Assembly: GCA_965652295.1 (NCBI GenBank)
Contig: CBFGTS010000008.1
Coordinates: 64,001 to 128,000, forward strand
Direction: 5' to 3'
Length of the DNA: 64,000 nt
Source of the DNA: an uncultured Haloferula sp.
GTDB lineage: Bacteria; Verrucomicrobiota; Verrucomicrobiia; Verrucomicrobiales; Akkermansiaceae
Shown here: piece by piece, positions 19,728 to 28,694 of the stretch
Position numbering within the stretch: position 1 is the first letter of the stretch
Layout: the number at the start of each line of letters is the position of its first letter
Program-made: the position numbers and the translations under genes
Notes under the pieces: model-generated
Told to the model about the DNA's origin: nothing
Database searches by the model: none
Seen by the model: only the letters and a program-made list of their open reading frames with translations

Positions 19728-20668
19728 TGAGCTCCGCGCGCATCGTTTTCATGGGAACGGGGGAGATCGCTCTCCCGTCGTTCCATTGGCTCATGGAGTC
19801 GGGCCATGCGCCGATTGCCCTCGTCACGCAGCCGGACCGGCCTGCCGGGCGTCGCCGGGAACTGAAGCCGTCCGCCCTCAAGCTTGCCGCCTCCGTCGCG
19901 GGGATTCCGGTGATGCAGCCGGAAAAAGTCCGCGACCCTCATTTCCTCGATCAGCTTGAGGCGCTACGGCCGGACCTCATCGTGGTCATGGCCTACGGCC
20001 AGATTCTCCCGCTCCGGCTCATCGACATGCCTCCTCTGGGCTGCGTCAACCTCCATGCCTCACTTCTGCCCAAGTATCGCGGAGCTGCCTGCATCCAGGC
20101 TGCTCTCGATGCGGGCGACGTGGAAACCGGGGTGACCCTCATGCACGTGGTCAAGGAACTCGATGCGGGCGACGTCATTCTCACCAAGCGCACCCCGATC
20201 TCGGACAGCGACACCGGCGGGAGTCTGCACGATCGTCTTTCTCTGGTGGCGCGGGATGCGCTCGCGGAAGGCCTGCCCGGGCTGCTTGAAGGTGTCGCCC
20301 CACGGGTTTCGCAGGCGGAACTGGGTCCGGCGAGTCATGTGCCCAAGCTGGAGCGCGACGATGGCCGGATCGACTGGACTTGGTCTGCGGACCGATTGGG
20401 GCGACGGATCCGCGCCTATGATCCATGGCCGGGGTGTTGGGCTGAAATGCCTGACGGCAAGCGGATTAAAATCATCGCTGCCGAGGTATGCGAGAGCGAG
20501 TATCCAGCGGATCCCGGGAGGCTCGGCGAAACCTACGTCGGCCCCGTCGTCATGTGCGGAGAGGGTGCGCTTCTCTTGAAGGAAGTTCAGGCAGAGGGCA
20601 CGCGAAGGATGCCGGCTGCCGACTGGTGGCGTGGTTTCCGGGGCTCTCCGCCCGAACGTCTCGGTTGA
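19727..20668 (+). CDS. fmt: Methionyl-tRNA formyltransferase
   Basis: IVFMGT, VTQPDRPAGR, AYGQIL, NLHASLLPKYRGAA, LDAGD. Confidence 0.95.
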   Translation: MSSARIVFMGTGEIALPSFHWLMESGHAPIALVTQPDRPAGRRRELKPSALKLAASVAGIPVMQPEKVRDPHFLDQLEALRPDLIVVMAYGQILPLRLIDMPPLGCVNLHASLLPKYRGAACIQAALDAGDVETGVTLMHVVKELDAGDVILTKRTPISDSDTGGSLHDRLSLVARDALAEGLPGLLEGVAPRVSQAELGPASHVPKLERDDGRIDWTWSADRLGRRIRAYDPWPGCWAEMPDGKRIKIIAAEVCESEYPADPGRLGETYVGPVVMCGEGALLLKEVQAEGTRRMPAADWWRGFRGSPPERLG

Positions 20669-20699
20669 TCCCGCCGAAGCAGGGTGTCATGCTGCCGCC

Positions 20700-21239
20700 A
20701 TGAAATTCCTGCTTCCGTGGATAGCGGCATTGACGATCTGCCACGCGACCACGCTCTCGGTGGTGCCTGTTTTCGAGCCGCTCAGCCTCCGCTCCACGGA
20801 CGTCGACGACCTGCTCAGCGAATCCGGCGAGGCGCTTCAGGCGACGGTGATGTCGCGGCCGATGGCGCTCAGCGGCGCGTTCCCGGAGACCTTGGTCGAT
20901 GCCATTGCCACGCCCCATAAATTCCACACCAACGACCCCCAGTACACGGTCGAGGAAGTGAACCTGCTGGTTCTCTGCCGGGTGAAGATCGCCGCCACCC
21001 TCGAAGACGATGGTCTTCACGTCGTGCTCGACGTTTCCGAACTCTTGATCCCGGAAGATGTCGACATCACCTCGCGGCAGCTGCTACGTCTCGCGATGCT
21101 GGCGGTGCGTCGGACGCTTGAGGAATACCAGCGGCCGCAGGCTGACGAGCTGGTGGTGAAATTGCTCGTCGAAGGCACCTCGCTGGAGACCGAGTCGCTC
21201 AAGGAACTCGCTACTGACTACGTTCTCAACGGCTCGTGA
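20700..21239 (+). CDS. Hypothetical secreted protein
   Basis: Signal-peptide-like N-terminus, typical codon usage, fills the gap. Confidence 0.65.
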   Translation: MKFLLPWIAALTICHATTLSVVPVFEPLSLRSTDVDDLLSESGEALQATVMSRPMALSGAFPETLVDAIATPHKFHTNDPQYTVEEVNLLVLCRVKIAATLEDDGLHVVLDVSELLIPEDVDITSRQLLRLAMLAVRRTLEEYQRPQADELVVKLLVEGTSLETESLKELATDYVLNGS

Positions 21240-21296
21240 GTGCGGTTTCATCCGGGGTGGTTTCCATGGTGATCGGAAACTGACACCCTCCCGGCG

Positions 21297-21345
21297 TTGA
21301 TTCCCTTCCGACGTGGGGGTTTACTCGGCGCGGGAAACGGTTCCC
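21297..21345 (+). promoter_or_regulatory. Putative sigma70 promoter and LacI-family operator of araD-kduI-kduD
   Basis: TTGATT-N17-TTTACT followed by the near-palindrome GGGAAACGGTTCCC (21332-21345, central CG). Confidence 0.5.
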
Positions 21346-21371
21346 CATTCATTTATTCCACTTCTGCGACC

Positions 21372-22064
21372 ATGTCCTACGACGCGCTCCGCCAAGAATG
21401 CCTCGCCGCCAACCTCGAACTGCCGGACACCGGTCTGGTCGATCTCACCTTCGGAAACGTCTCCGTGGCGGACCCTGACGCCCGCGTATTCGCGATCAAG
21501 CCCAGCGGTGTGGATTACAAGGCTCTGAAGGCCTCCGACATGGTCATCCTGGACTTCGAGGGAAACGTGCTCGAAGGCGATCTCCGTCCTTCGTCCGACA
21601 CGCCGACGCACCGCTGTCTTTACCTCCACTTTGAAGGCATCCGCTCGGTGGTGCATACCCACTCGCGCAGCGCCGTCGCATTCGCGCAGGCAGGCGTCGA
21701 CCTGCCCTGCCTGGGAACCACCCACTGCGACTATTTCCATGGCTCCGTCCCGGTCACGCGCGACATGACTCCGGAGGAAGTCGGTGGCGAATATGAGTGG
21801 GAAACCGGAAAGGTCATCGTCGAACGTTTCGCGGATCTCGATCCACGTGAGGTGACCGCGGTGCTGGTTCGCAATCACGGTCCGTTTGCCTGGGGAGCGT
21901 CCGGCAAAAAGGCGGTGGAAAACGCCCTGGCGCTGGAAATCGTGGCCGACATGGCGATCAAGACTTTTGCGATCCGTCGCGACGCTCCGCCGGCTCCGCC
22001 GCACCTCCTGGACAAACACTTCTTCCGCAAGCACGGCCCGGGTGCCTACTACGGCCAGAAATGA
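21372..22064 (+). CDS. araD: L-ribulose-5-phosphate 4-epimerase
   Basis: TFGNVS, IKPSGV, PSSDTPTH, HTHS, GTTHCDYF, LDKHFFRKHGPGAYYGQ. Confidence 0.95.
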   Translation: MSYDALRQECLAANLELPDTGLVDLTFGNVSVADPDARVFAIKPSGVDYKALKASDMVILDFEGNVLEGDLRPSSDTPTHRCLYLHFEGIRSVVHTHSRSAVAFAQAGVDLPCLGTTHCDYFHGSVPVTRDMTPEEVGGEYEWETGKVIVERFADLDPREVTAVLVRNHGPFAWGASGKKAVENALALEIVADMAIKTFAIRRDAPPAPPHLLDKHFFRKHGPGAYYGQK

Positions 22065-22159
22065 ATTTCTCCGTCTGACTCCACTCTCTCCGCAAACACT
22101 CATCCGATTTACCGCCTCCGCGTCCCTGGACGTGACGACGGCTTCTTCATCCGATCCTC

Positions 22160-22990
22160 ATGAAAGTAATCCACATGCCATCCCCGACCGAAACCGCCAT
22201 GCTCGACACGGTGGGTCTCCGCGAATCCTTCCTGCTCGATGAGCTGTTCCAAGCCGGCGAACTGACCCTGGTGTACACCGACCTCGACCGCGCCATTGTC
22301 GGCTCCGCCGTGCCGACCGGCTCCGACCTCAAACTCGATGCTGGCGACGAACTCCGCGCCGAGTTTTTCTGCGAACGCCGCGAGCTGGGCATCCTCAACA
22401 TGGGAGCGAAAGGCACCGTCACCGTCGATGGCACCGCCTACGAACTCGACAAGTGCGAGTGCCTCTACGTCGGCCGTGGCAGCAAGGAGATCTCGTTTTC
22501 CAGCGCCGATGGCGGTGAACCGGCCGGCTTCTACCTCGTCAGCTATCCGGCCCACGCCGCGCACCCTACGACCAAGGCGACCCCGGCCGACGCGACCCGC
22601 GTCGAGCTTGGCAGCCCGGAGGAGTGCAACGAGCGCACGATCTGCCAGTACATCCACGAGAACGGCATCAAGAGCTGCCAGCTCGTGATGGGCTACACCG
22701 AGTTCAAGCCCGGCAGCATCTGGAACACCATGCCGGCCCACACCCACCTGCGCCGCAGCGAGGTGTACTGCTATTTCGATGTGCCTGCGGGTCACGCCGT
22801 ACTTCACATGATGGGCGAGCCGGATGAAACGCGCCCGCTCTGGATCCATGACAAGCAGGCGGTGCTTTCCCCCGCATGGTCGATCCACTGCGGTGCCGGC
22901 ACCGCGGCCTACCGCTTCTGCTGGGCCATGGGCGGCGAAAACCAGGCGTTCACCGATATGGACAAACTCGAAATTTCCGCCCTCCGCTGA
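22160..22990 (+). CDS. kduI: 5-dehydro-4-deoxy-D-glucuronate isomerase
   Basis: RRELGILN, SCQLVMG, WNTMPAHTH, HMMGEP, WAMGGENQ. Confidence 0.95.
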   Translation: MKVIHMPSPTETAMLDTVGLRESFLLDELFQAGELTLVYTDLDRAIVGSAVPTGSDLKLDAGDELRAEFFCERRELGILNMGAKGTVTVDGTAYELDKCECLYVGRGSKEISFSSADGGEPAGFYLVSYPAHAAHPTTKATPADATRVELGSPEECNERTICQYIHENGIKSCQLVMGYTEFKPGSIWNTMPAHTHLRRSEVYCYFDVPAGHAVLHMMGEPDETRPLWIHDKQAVLSPAWSIHCGAGTAAYRFCWAMGGENQAFTDMDKLEISALR

Positions 22991-22992
22991 TC

Positions 22993-23760
22993 ATGAGCAT
23001 TCTCTCCTCCTTCGATCTCAGCGGAAAAGCGGCGGTCGTCACCGGCTGCAAGCGCGGCATCGGCTTCGCCATGGCCGAGGCTCTCGCCGAGGCGGGTGCT
23101 AACATTATCGGCGTCAGCGCCTCGCTCGCCCCGGGCAGCGAGATCGAGAAAGCCGTTACCGCTCTCGGTCGCAAGTTCACCTCCTACCAGTGCGATTTCT
23201 CCGACCGTGAGGCCGTGAAGTCCTTCGCCGCCCAGGTGCTCGCCGAGCAGGGTACGCCGGACATCCTCGTCAACAACGCCGGCACGATCGCCCGCGCACC
23301 CGCCGCGGAGCATCCGGATGAGATGTGGTTCAATGTCATCGATGTGAACCTCAACGCCCAGTTCCTGCTCAGCCGTGATATCGGAGCGAAGATGATCGAG
23401 CGCGGCTCGGGGAAGATCATCTTCACCGCCTCGTTGCTGACGTTCCAAGGAGGCATCACGGTGCCGGGCTACGCGGCTTCGAAGGGAGCCATCGGCCAGC
23501 TCACCAAGGCGCTCGCCAACGAGTGGGCCTCGAAGGGCGTCAACGTCAACGCGATCGCCCCCGGCTACATCGCGACCGACAATACCGAGGCGCTGCGCAA
23601 CGATCCGGTGCGTGCCGGACAAATCCTCGCCCGGATTCCGGCCGGACGCTGGGGAGATCCCGCGGACTTCAAAGGCCCGACGGTCTTCCTCGCATCCAAG
23701 GCATCCGACTACGTCAACGGCGAGGTCCTCGTCGTCGATGGCGGCTGGATGGGTCGGTGA
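22993..23760 (+). CDS. kduD: 2-dehydro-3-deoxy-D-gluconate 5-dehydrogenase (SDR)
   Basis: TASLLTFQGGITVPGYAASKG, ARIPAGRWG, VDGGWMGR; follows kduI. Confidence 0.9.
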   Translation: MSILSSFDLSGKAAVVTGCKRGIGFAMAEALAEAGANIIGVSASLAPGSEIEKAVTALGRKFTSYQCDFSDREAVKSFAAQVLAEQGTPDILVNNAGTIARAPAAEHPDEMWFNVIDVNLNAQFLLSRDIGAKMIERGSGKIIFTASLLTFQGGITVPGYAASKGAIGQLTKALANEWASKGVNVNAIAPGYIATDNTEALRNDPVRAGQILARIPAGRWGDPADFKGPTVFLASKASDYVNGEVLVVDGGWMGR

Positions 23761-23775
23761 ATGGACCGGGCGCGA

Positions 23776-26631
23776 TCAGCGCCCTGTCCCATCATCGAGA
23801 TCCGGATCAAAGGCGCGCTCGGGAACGGGCGCGTCGGCTCCCCCTCCTGCCCAAAGCGCGTCCGCATCGGCCGGAGATAGCGAGAAGCCGGGCTTGAACG
23901 CGTCGCCCGCCAAGTAGTCGGTGAGGGACTTGCGGAGCTGACGCGTGACCGGGTCGTCGCGGTTGAGCGGGATCGCGCACACCAGCAGGTGGCCGGGACC
24001 CACGCGGGCCTCGAAGATGACGCCGAGCTGCCAGTTGCGGTTCCAGTCGTCGATCGCGGAAACGACCGGCTCCAAACCGCGGGGAGCCTTGGTGAGGTTC
24101 ACCGAGCGGACCCCGTCGATGATCGGCGTCCATTGGAAATCGCAGTGGGCGGCGGTGGGAAAGGCGGCGAGGGCGGGGTGGTCGTCTTTGATGAGCAGCC
24201 CGAGCATCGCGTCGAAGCGCGGGAGCGGATTCTTCGGGGGACGGACGGTCATCTGGATATTCCAGAAAATCGGCACGCGCTTCATCGGTGGCGAAATGGT
24301 GGGGTCGAGAAAGTCCTGCTTCGGGACGAATAGTAACTTTTCCCCAGCGGCGAGACGCTTGGAGGCATCGGCCCAATCGTGTGTGATCGTTGCGCCTTCA
24401 TTCGCCGGCCCGTCGGCGGGGTAGAGCCAGAAGTTCCAGTCGTTCTCGACCTCCGTGCCGTCGAGGCCGACGACCAATTTGTAGGCTGCGGGCGCGGGAA
24501 GGTCGGTCAGGTCGGCGCGGACTTCGCCGAGCGGGAGGTTCTTTCCGATGGGCACGTCCCGTGCGTCCCAGGTATCCCGACGGATCCGTTCACCGTCGGA
24601 AGTACGGAGCTCCCAGTAGGGTTTGGCCTGCTCGATCGGTGCTTCACCGAAATGGTAGAGTTCGATCTCCGCTTGGAGTGTCTCGTTCGTGGTGAAAGTC
24701 CGCTGTTTCAACCTCGCGAGCGGCACTGTCTGCGAGTGAAAGCGGCGGAACTCCCCGCCGGTGACGTAGCTCTTCGGGTCCCAGAAGGCGTCGAGCACTC
24801 CGATCAGCGCGGTGCCCTGGCCGAGGTAGTCGCGGATGTCGAGCATCTGGTGTCCGGCCAATCCCGGCGTACGGAGGTTGGCCTCCAGCTCCTCTTTATA
24901 ACAGGCGAGCTGGAATTTCCCGGAAGCGAAAGCGAGTTCGTCGTTGATGTCGGCGAGCCCGTTCTGCTCCGCGATGTGGCGGAAAATGCGATAGTTCGAG
25001 GGCCGGAGATAGCCGGTGAATTTCTCAATGATGTCGAAGTCCGGATAGGCGCACCATTGGCCGATCTCGTGGGCGAGCACCGGGATATCGACGTCTTCCA
25101 GCGCCGCGCGGAAATCGTTGCCGAACCAGCCGGTCACGTTGCGCAGCTCGCCTTTTCCAAACCTCACGAGTCCGGCGAACTGGGCTCCGTCATACACCTG
25201 CTCCGGTCGATTCCAGCCGGTTCCGGCGGCATAGAGCCGCCGCGGATCCTTATCATACCACCGTTTCGCCCATTGCGGAGTGACCTGGGTGTAGCGTCCG
25301 GCCGGTTCGTTGGAGGGAGAGAAGAGGACGAAACTCGGGTGATTACCGTAGGCCTTCAGCATCAGCGGCGTTTCCTCCTCCAGATACTCCGTGTAAACTC
25401 CGTCGGGATAGAACGGTGCCCACAGGCCGGGCTCGGCCTGGAGGTAGAACCCGAGTTCGTCGGCCGCAGTGAAGGCGGCGTCGGGCGGGCAGCAGGAGTG
25501 GAAGCGGATGCCGTTCAGGCCGAATTCCTGGCAGCGGCGGATGATCTTTTTCCAAGATTCGACATCGGTCGCGGGGTAGCCGGTCAGCGGGAAATCGAGG
25601 CCGAAGTGGGTGGTGCGGAGGTTCGCCGGCCGGCCGTTGAGCAGCAGCTCCTTGCCCTGCCATGAGATCTCGCGCAGGCCGAAGGTGATCTTGCTACGGT
25701 GAACGCCGTAGTCGCTGTGGAGCGCGACGTCGAGCTCATGAAGCGCGGGCTCGAACTCGCTCCAGAGCTTGGCATCCCTCCCCAGCGGAATCACCAGGGA
25801 GAGCTTCCCGCCGGCTTCGTCGATCGAGAATTCGCGCTCCGACGGGCCCACGAGGACTTTGCCTGTGACGGGCTTTCCGGAGAGGTTCCCCAGGGTGATC
25901 TCGATCCTCGCCGTTTTCTCCGCCACGTTCGGAAACGCCTGCACATCCTCCAGCCAGACTTGCGGGGTGGCGCGCAGCTCGATCTTGCCCGCGATGCCGT
26001 TCCACGTCTGGCCGAGCGCGTCGGACACCGCATGGGCGTCGGGCATGTGGCCCACGTTGCCCTTCGGGTCGCGGACGATCATCCGGTTGTCCAGCCGGAC
26101 GGTCAGCGTGTGTCGGCCCGGCTTGAGCACGCCCAGACCGAACTGGTGCGGTGCGGCGAGGCTGCGGGCGGAGCCGACCTCGCGGTCGCCGAGCCAGACG
26201 GTCGATTTCCAACGCGGACGTTCGAGAAAGAGCTCGACCCGTTGGTTTGTCCAATCGGCCGGGATTTCGATGTCGCGCTGGTACCATGCGGCACCGAGAT
26301 AGTGCTTGGTTGGCTGGGAAAGGAACGGCACCTCGACCTTGCCAGGCTGCGAGAAGTGGTCGCGCAGCTTCTGTGACTGGAGTTTCCACCACTCCCCGCC
26401 AAGTCCGAGCACCCACGGGGTGTCGGGCGAGATGTCGTCGCCATAACCCTGCGACTGAAGGATTCCGGGGAGGGTGATGCGGTTCTCGAGCGTTCGGCTC
26501 TGCCAGTTCTCCTCGATGCCGACATCTTCCCGATCCATGGAAAACCGCCACTCGCCGGCGAGTGGAAGGACCGGCGTCGAGGCTGTGGCGTGGGCGGCGA
26601 AAAAGAGATAAAGAAACAGACGTGGGATCAT
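23776..26631 (-). CDS. Secreted glycoside hydrolase family 2 protein
   Basis: Signal peptide; LAGEWRF, YLGAAWYQRDIEIP, FGLREI, GLNGIRFHS, NHPSFV..SNE, HEIGQW. Confidence 0.85.
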   Translation of the reverse strand: MIPRLFLYLFFAAHATASTPVLPLAGEWRFSMDREDVGIEENWQSRTLENRITLPGILQSQGYGDDISPDTPWVLGLGGEWWKLQSQKLRDHFSQPGKVEVPFLSQPTKHYLGAAWYQRDIEIPADWTNQRVELFLERPRWKSTVWLGDREVGSARSLAAPHQFGLGVLKPGRHTLTVRLDNRMIVRDPKGNVGHMPDAHAVSDALGQTWNGIAGKIELRATPQVWLEDVQAFPNVAEKTARIEITLGNLSGKPVTGKVLVGPSEREFSIDEAGGKLSLVIPLGRDAKLWSEFEPALHELDVALHSDYGVHRSKITFGLREISWQGKELLLNGRPANLRTTHFGLDFPLTGYPATDVESWKKIIRRCQEFGLNGIRFHSCCPPDAAFTAADELGFYLQAEPGLWAPFYPDGVYTEYLEEETPLMLKAYGNHPSFVLFSPSNEPAGRYTQVTPQWAKRWYDKDPRRLYAAGTGWNRPEQVYDGAQFAGLVRFGKGELRNVTGWFGNDFRAALEDVDIPVLAHEIGQWCAYPDFDIIEKFTGYLRPSNYRIFRHIAEQNGLADINDELAFASGKFQLACYKEELEANLRTPGLAGHQMLDIRDYLGQGTALIGVLDAFWDPKSYVTGGEFRRFHSQTVPLARLKQRTFTTNETLQAEIELYHFGEAPIEQAKPYWELRTSDGERIRRDTWDARDVPIGKNLPLGEVRADLTDLPAPAAYKLVVGLDGTEVENDWNFWLYPADGPANEGATITHDWADASKRLAAGEKLLFVPKQDFLDPTISPPMKRVPIFWNIQMTVRPPKNPLPRFDAMLGLLIKDDHPALAAFPTAAHCDFQWTPIIDGVRSVNLTKAPRGLEPVVSAIDDWNRNWQLGVIFEARVGPGHLLVCAIPLNRDDPVTRQLRKSLTDYLAGDAFKPGFSLSPADADALWAGGGADAPVPERAFDPDLDDGTGR

Positions 26632-26669
26632 GGGCTGGGAAGACTCTACAACAGAAGAGCCGCGATCCT

Positions 26670-27218
26670 TTAGTCGGACGGATAGCCCGTTTGTGGGATG
26701 GGCGTCGGCACCTTCCGGCCGTTCGGAGAGAGGATGAGATCGTCAGCAGTGAAGAGCGCTTTGTCGGGGCCGGCGGAGCGGAGGGTGAGTTCGCGGGCGG
26801 CTTCGGGGTGGACGAAAAGCGGAGTGTTCCAGCGGTCGATCAGAAGGCGGTCGGAGCTCACCGCGGGGTGATCGGCGCGGAGGAAGGGCTGGCGGCTGGC
26901 GTTTTCACCGAGGAGGCAGGCGGTGAGGTCGGCGTTGCCGCCGATGGGATGGCGGGTGACGTCTTTGATCACGGAGAAATAGCCGAGCACGACGGCGCGG
27001 ACTTTTCGGAGGTCCTCGATCGGTGGGCTGGCGGGATCGGCCCAGGTCGCCAGGAGGCGGTCGCCGGGCAGCGGTTGGCGCTCTGGAGCCGGGGCTGGCT
27101 GCGAACGAACATCCGGGGGGGCGGGAGGCTCGGCGGCCGGCTGGCGGAGGAGCAGCCACGCGCCGGCGAGGAGGGCGACGATGACGAGGCCGGAGAGGGC
27201 GGCGAGGAGTTTCCGCAT
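26670..27218 (-). CDS. Membrane-anchored protein with GspG-like C-terminal motif
   Basis: N-terminal TM segment; DRWNTPLFVH...LRSAGPDKALFTADDL resembles the pseudopilin GspG C-terminus; no prepilin cleavage site. Confidence 0.65.
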   Translation of the reverse strand: MRKLLAALSGLVIVALLAGAWLLLRQPAAEPPAPPDVRSQPAPAPERQPLPGDRLLATWADPASPPIEDLRKVRAVVLGYFSVIKDVTRHPIGGNADLTACLLGENASRQPFLRADHPAVSSDRLLIDRWNTPLFVHPEAARELTLRSAGPDKALFTADDLILSPNGRKVPTPIPQTGYPSD

Positions 27219-27224
27219 GACGGC

Positions 27225-28688
27225 TCAGGCGATGAAACCCACGGGTCCTTCGGCCGAGGAAGGATCGAAGAAGTTGGAGATGTTCGGCAGCACGCCTTCC
27301 ATGTCGGTGCCGGAGACGCCGAACCACCGGAGAAGCTCGCAGAAGTATTCGTCCACGGAGAGCTTCGGGAAAATGCGGCCGCCGCGGCCGATGTCGTCGG
27401 GACCGTCGATGGCGAGCGACGGATATTCCCCGAAAACGCGGCCTCCGAGGACCGGGCCGCCCATGACGATCTGGTTTCCGGACCAGGCGTGGTCGGTTCC
27501 CTGGCCATTCGAGCGCAGGGTGCGGCCGAAATCGGAGCAGGTGAAGGTGACGACCTCATCGCCGAGACCGAGGAGATCGAGGGTCTGTTGGAAGGCGTGA
27601 AGCGACTGATCGAGGACCGCCAGCATGCCGGCCTGGGTGTTGAGCAGTTCCGAGTGGTGGTCCCAGCCGCCGAACTCGAGGAACAGGGTTTGCCGCGAAA
27701 GCTTGAGCTGCGGCCGGATGGCGATGGTGCGGATGGCGGCGGCGAGGTTGCTGGCGAAGGGGTGGTTGGGGAAACCTGCGGCGTCGATGGCGGCGTTGAC
27801 GTCGGTGCCGTTGAGATTGCCGGGGTTGTCGAAGTGGGTGCCGAATTCGATGCCGCGTTCGATGCTGTTGGAGGTGATGCGGGCGTGGGTGCGCTGGAAC
27901 AGGTTGCGGTAATGTTCCTCGATCGGGCCTGAAACGGTCTCGCGAATGAGGTTTTCCTTGGCCTGCAGGGTGGGGGCGCTTGAGCCGGTGCCGGTGAACG
28001 CGAGCGCGCCGTTCGAGGTGATGACGAACTGGCCTTCGCTCTGGCCGATCTGGAAGGTCGAGTTTCCTGCGAGGGAGAAATTCATCGGCATGTAGAAACT
28101 GCCGGTTTGCTCGGTGTTGTGGCTGGTGTGGATGAAGTCGGCGGCGCGGCCCGCCCATCCGGTGAGGACCGGCAGGCCCTGGGGAACGGAGGTCTGCCAC
28201 TGCTCGACTTGGTCGCGATGGGAAAACAGGGCCTTGGGCAGTGCGACCGAGCCTGAGAGGTAGGCCTGCTTGTCGGGGATGGGCTCGACGAGGGTCCCGA
28301 CGTTGGCGAGGAGCGAGAGTGTGGCCGGGTCCGCGCCGGTGCCGTTGAATCTTTCCGCGAGGCGGGGGCAGGAGGGGTGCATGCCATAGCGGCGACCGTG
28401 GGAGTCGGTGAAATCGAGCGGCAGCAGCGAATCGCGCGGGATCGCGAGGTTCGAGCGGGCGGCCGCGTAGTCGTCGTATCCGCCGGGCTGATCGATGGGG
28501 ATAAGGAAGTTGAAGGTATCGCAACCCCCACCGAGGAAGACGCAGACGAGCGTTTTGCGGGTGGTGCCGGTAAGACCCTGCGCCGCAGCGTGATTGGCGA
28601 GGGTGAGGTTGAGCAGGGTGGAGAGGACGGGGATCGAGCCGATCGCCGCGCAACTGGCTTCGCCGAGGAATTGTCTGCGGGTGGTCAT
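27225..28688 (-). CDS. DUF1501 family protein with Tat signal
   Basis: TTRRQFL, LVCVFLGGGCD, LFSH.DQ, GGWDHH, SDFGRTLRSNGQGTDHAW. Confidence 0.9.
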   Translation of the reverse strand: MTTRRQFLGEASCAAIGSIPVLSTLLNLTLANHAAAQGLTGTTRKTLVCVFLGGGCDTFNFLIPIDQPGGYDDYAAARSNLAIPRDSLLPLDFTDSHGRRYGMHPSCPRLAERFNGTGADPATLSLLANVGTLVEPIPDKQAYLSGSVALPKALFSHRDQVEQWQTSVPQGLPVLTGWAGRAADFIHTSHNTEQTGSFYMPMNFSLAGNSTFQIGQSEGQFVITSNGALAFTGTGSSAPTLQAKENLIRETVSGPIEEHYRNLFQRTHARITSNSIERGIEFGTHFDNPGNLNGTDVNAAIDAAGFPNHPFASNLAAAIRTIAIRPQLKLSRQTLFLEFGGWDHHSELLNTQAGMLAVLDQSLHAFQQTLDLLGLGDEVVTFTCSDFGRTLRSNGQGTDHAWSGNQIVMGGPVLGGRVFGEYPSLAIDGPDDIGRGGRIFPKLSVDEYFCELLRWFGVSGTDMEGVLPNISNFFDPSSAEGPVGFIA

Positions 28689-28694
28689 GGCATT

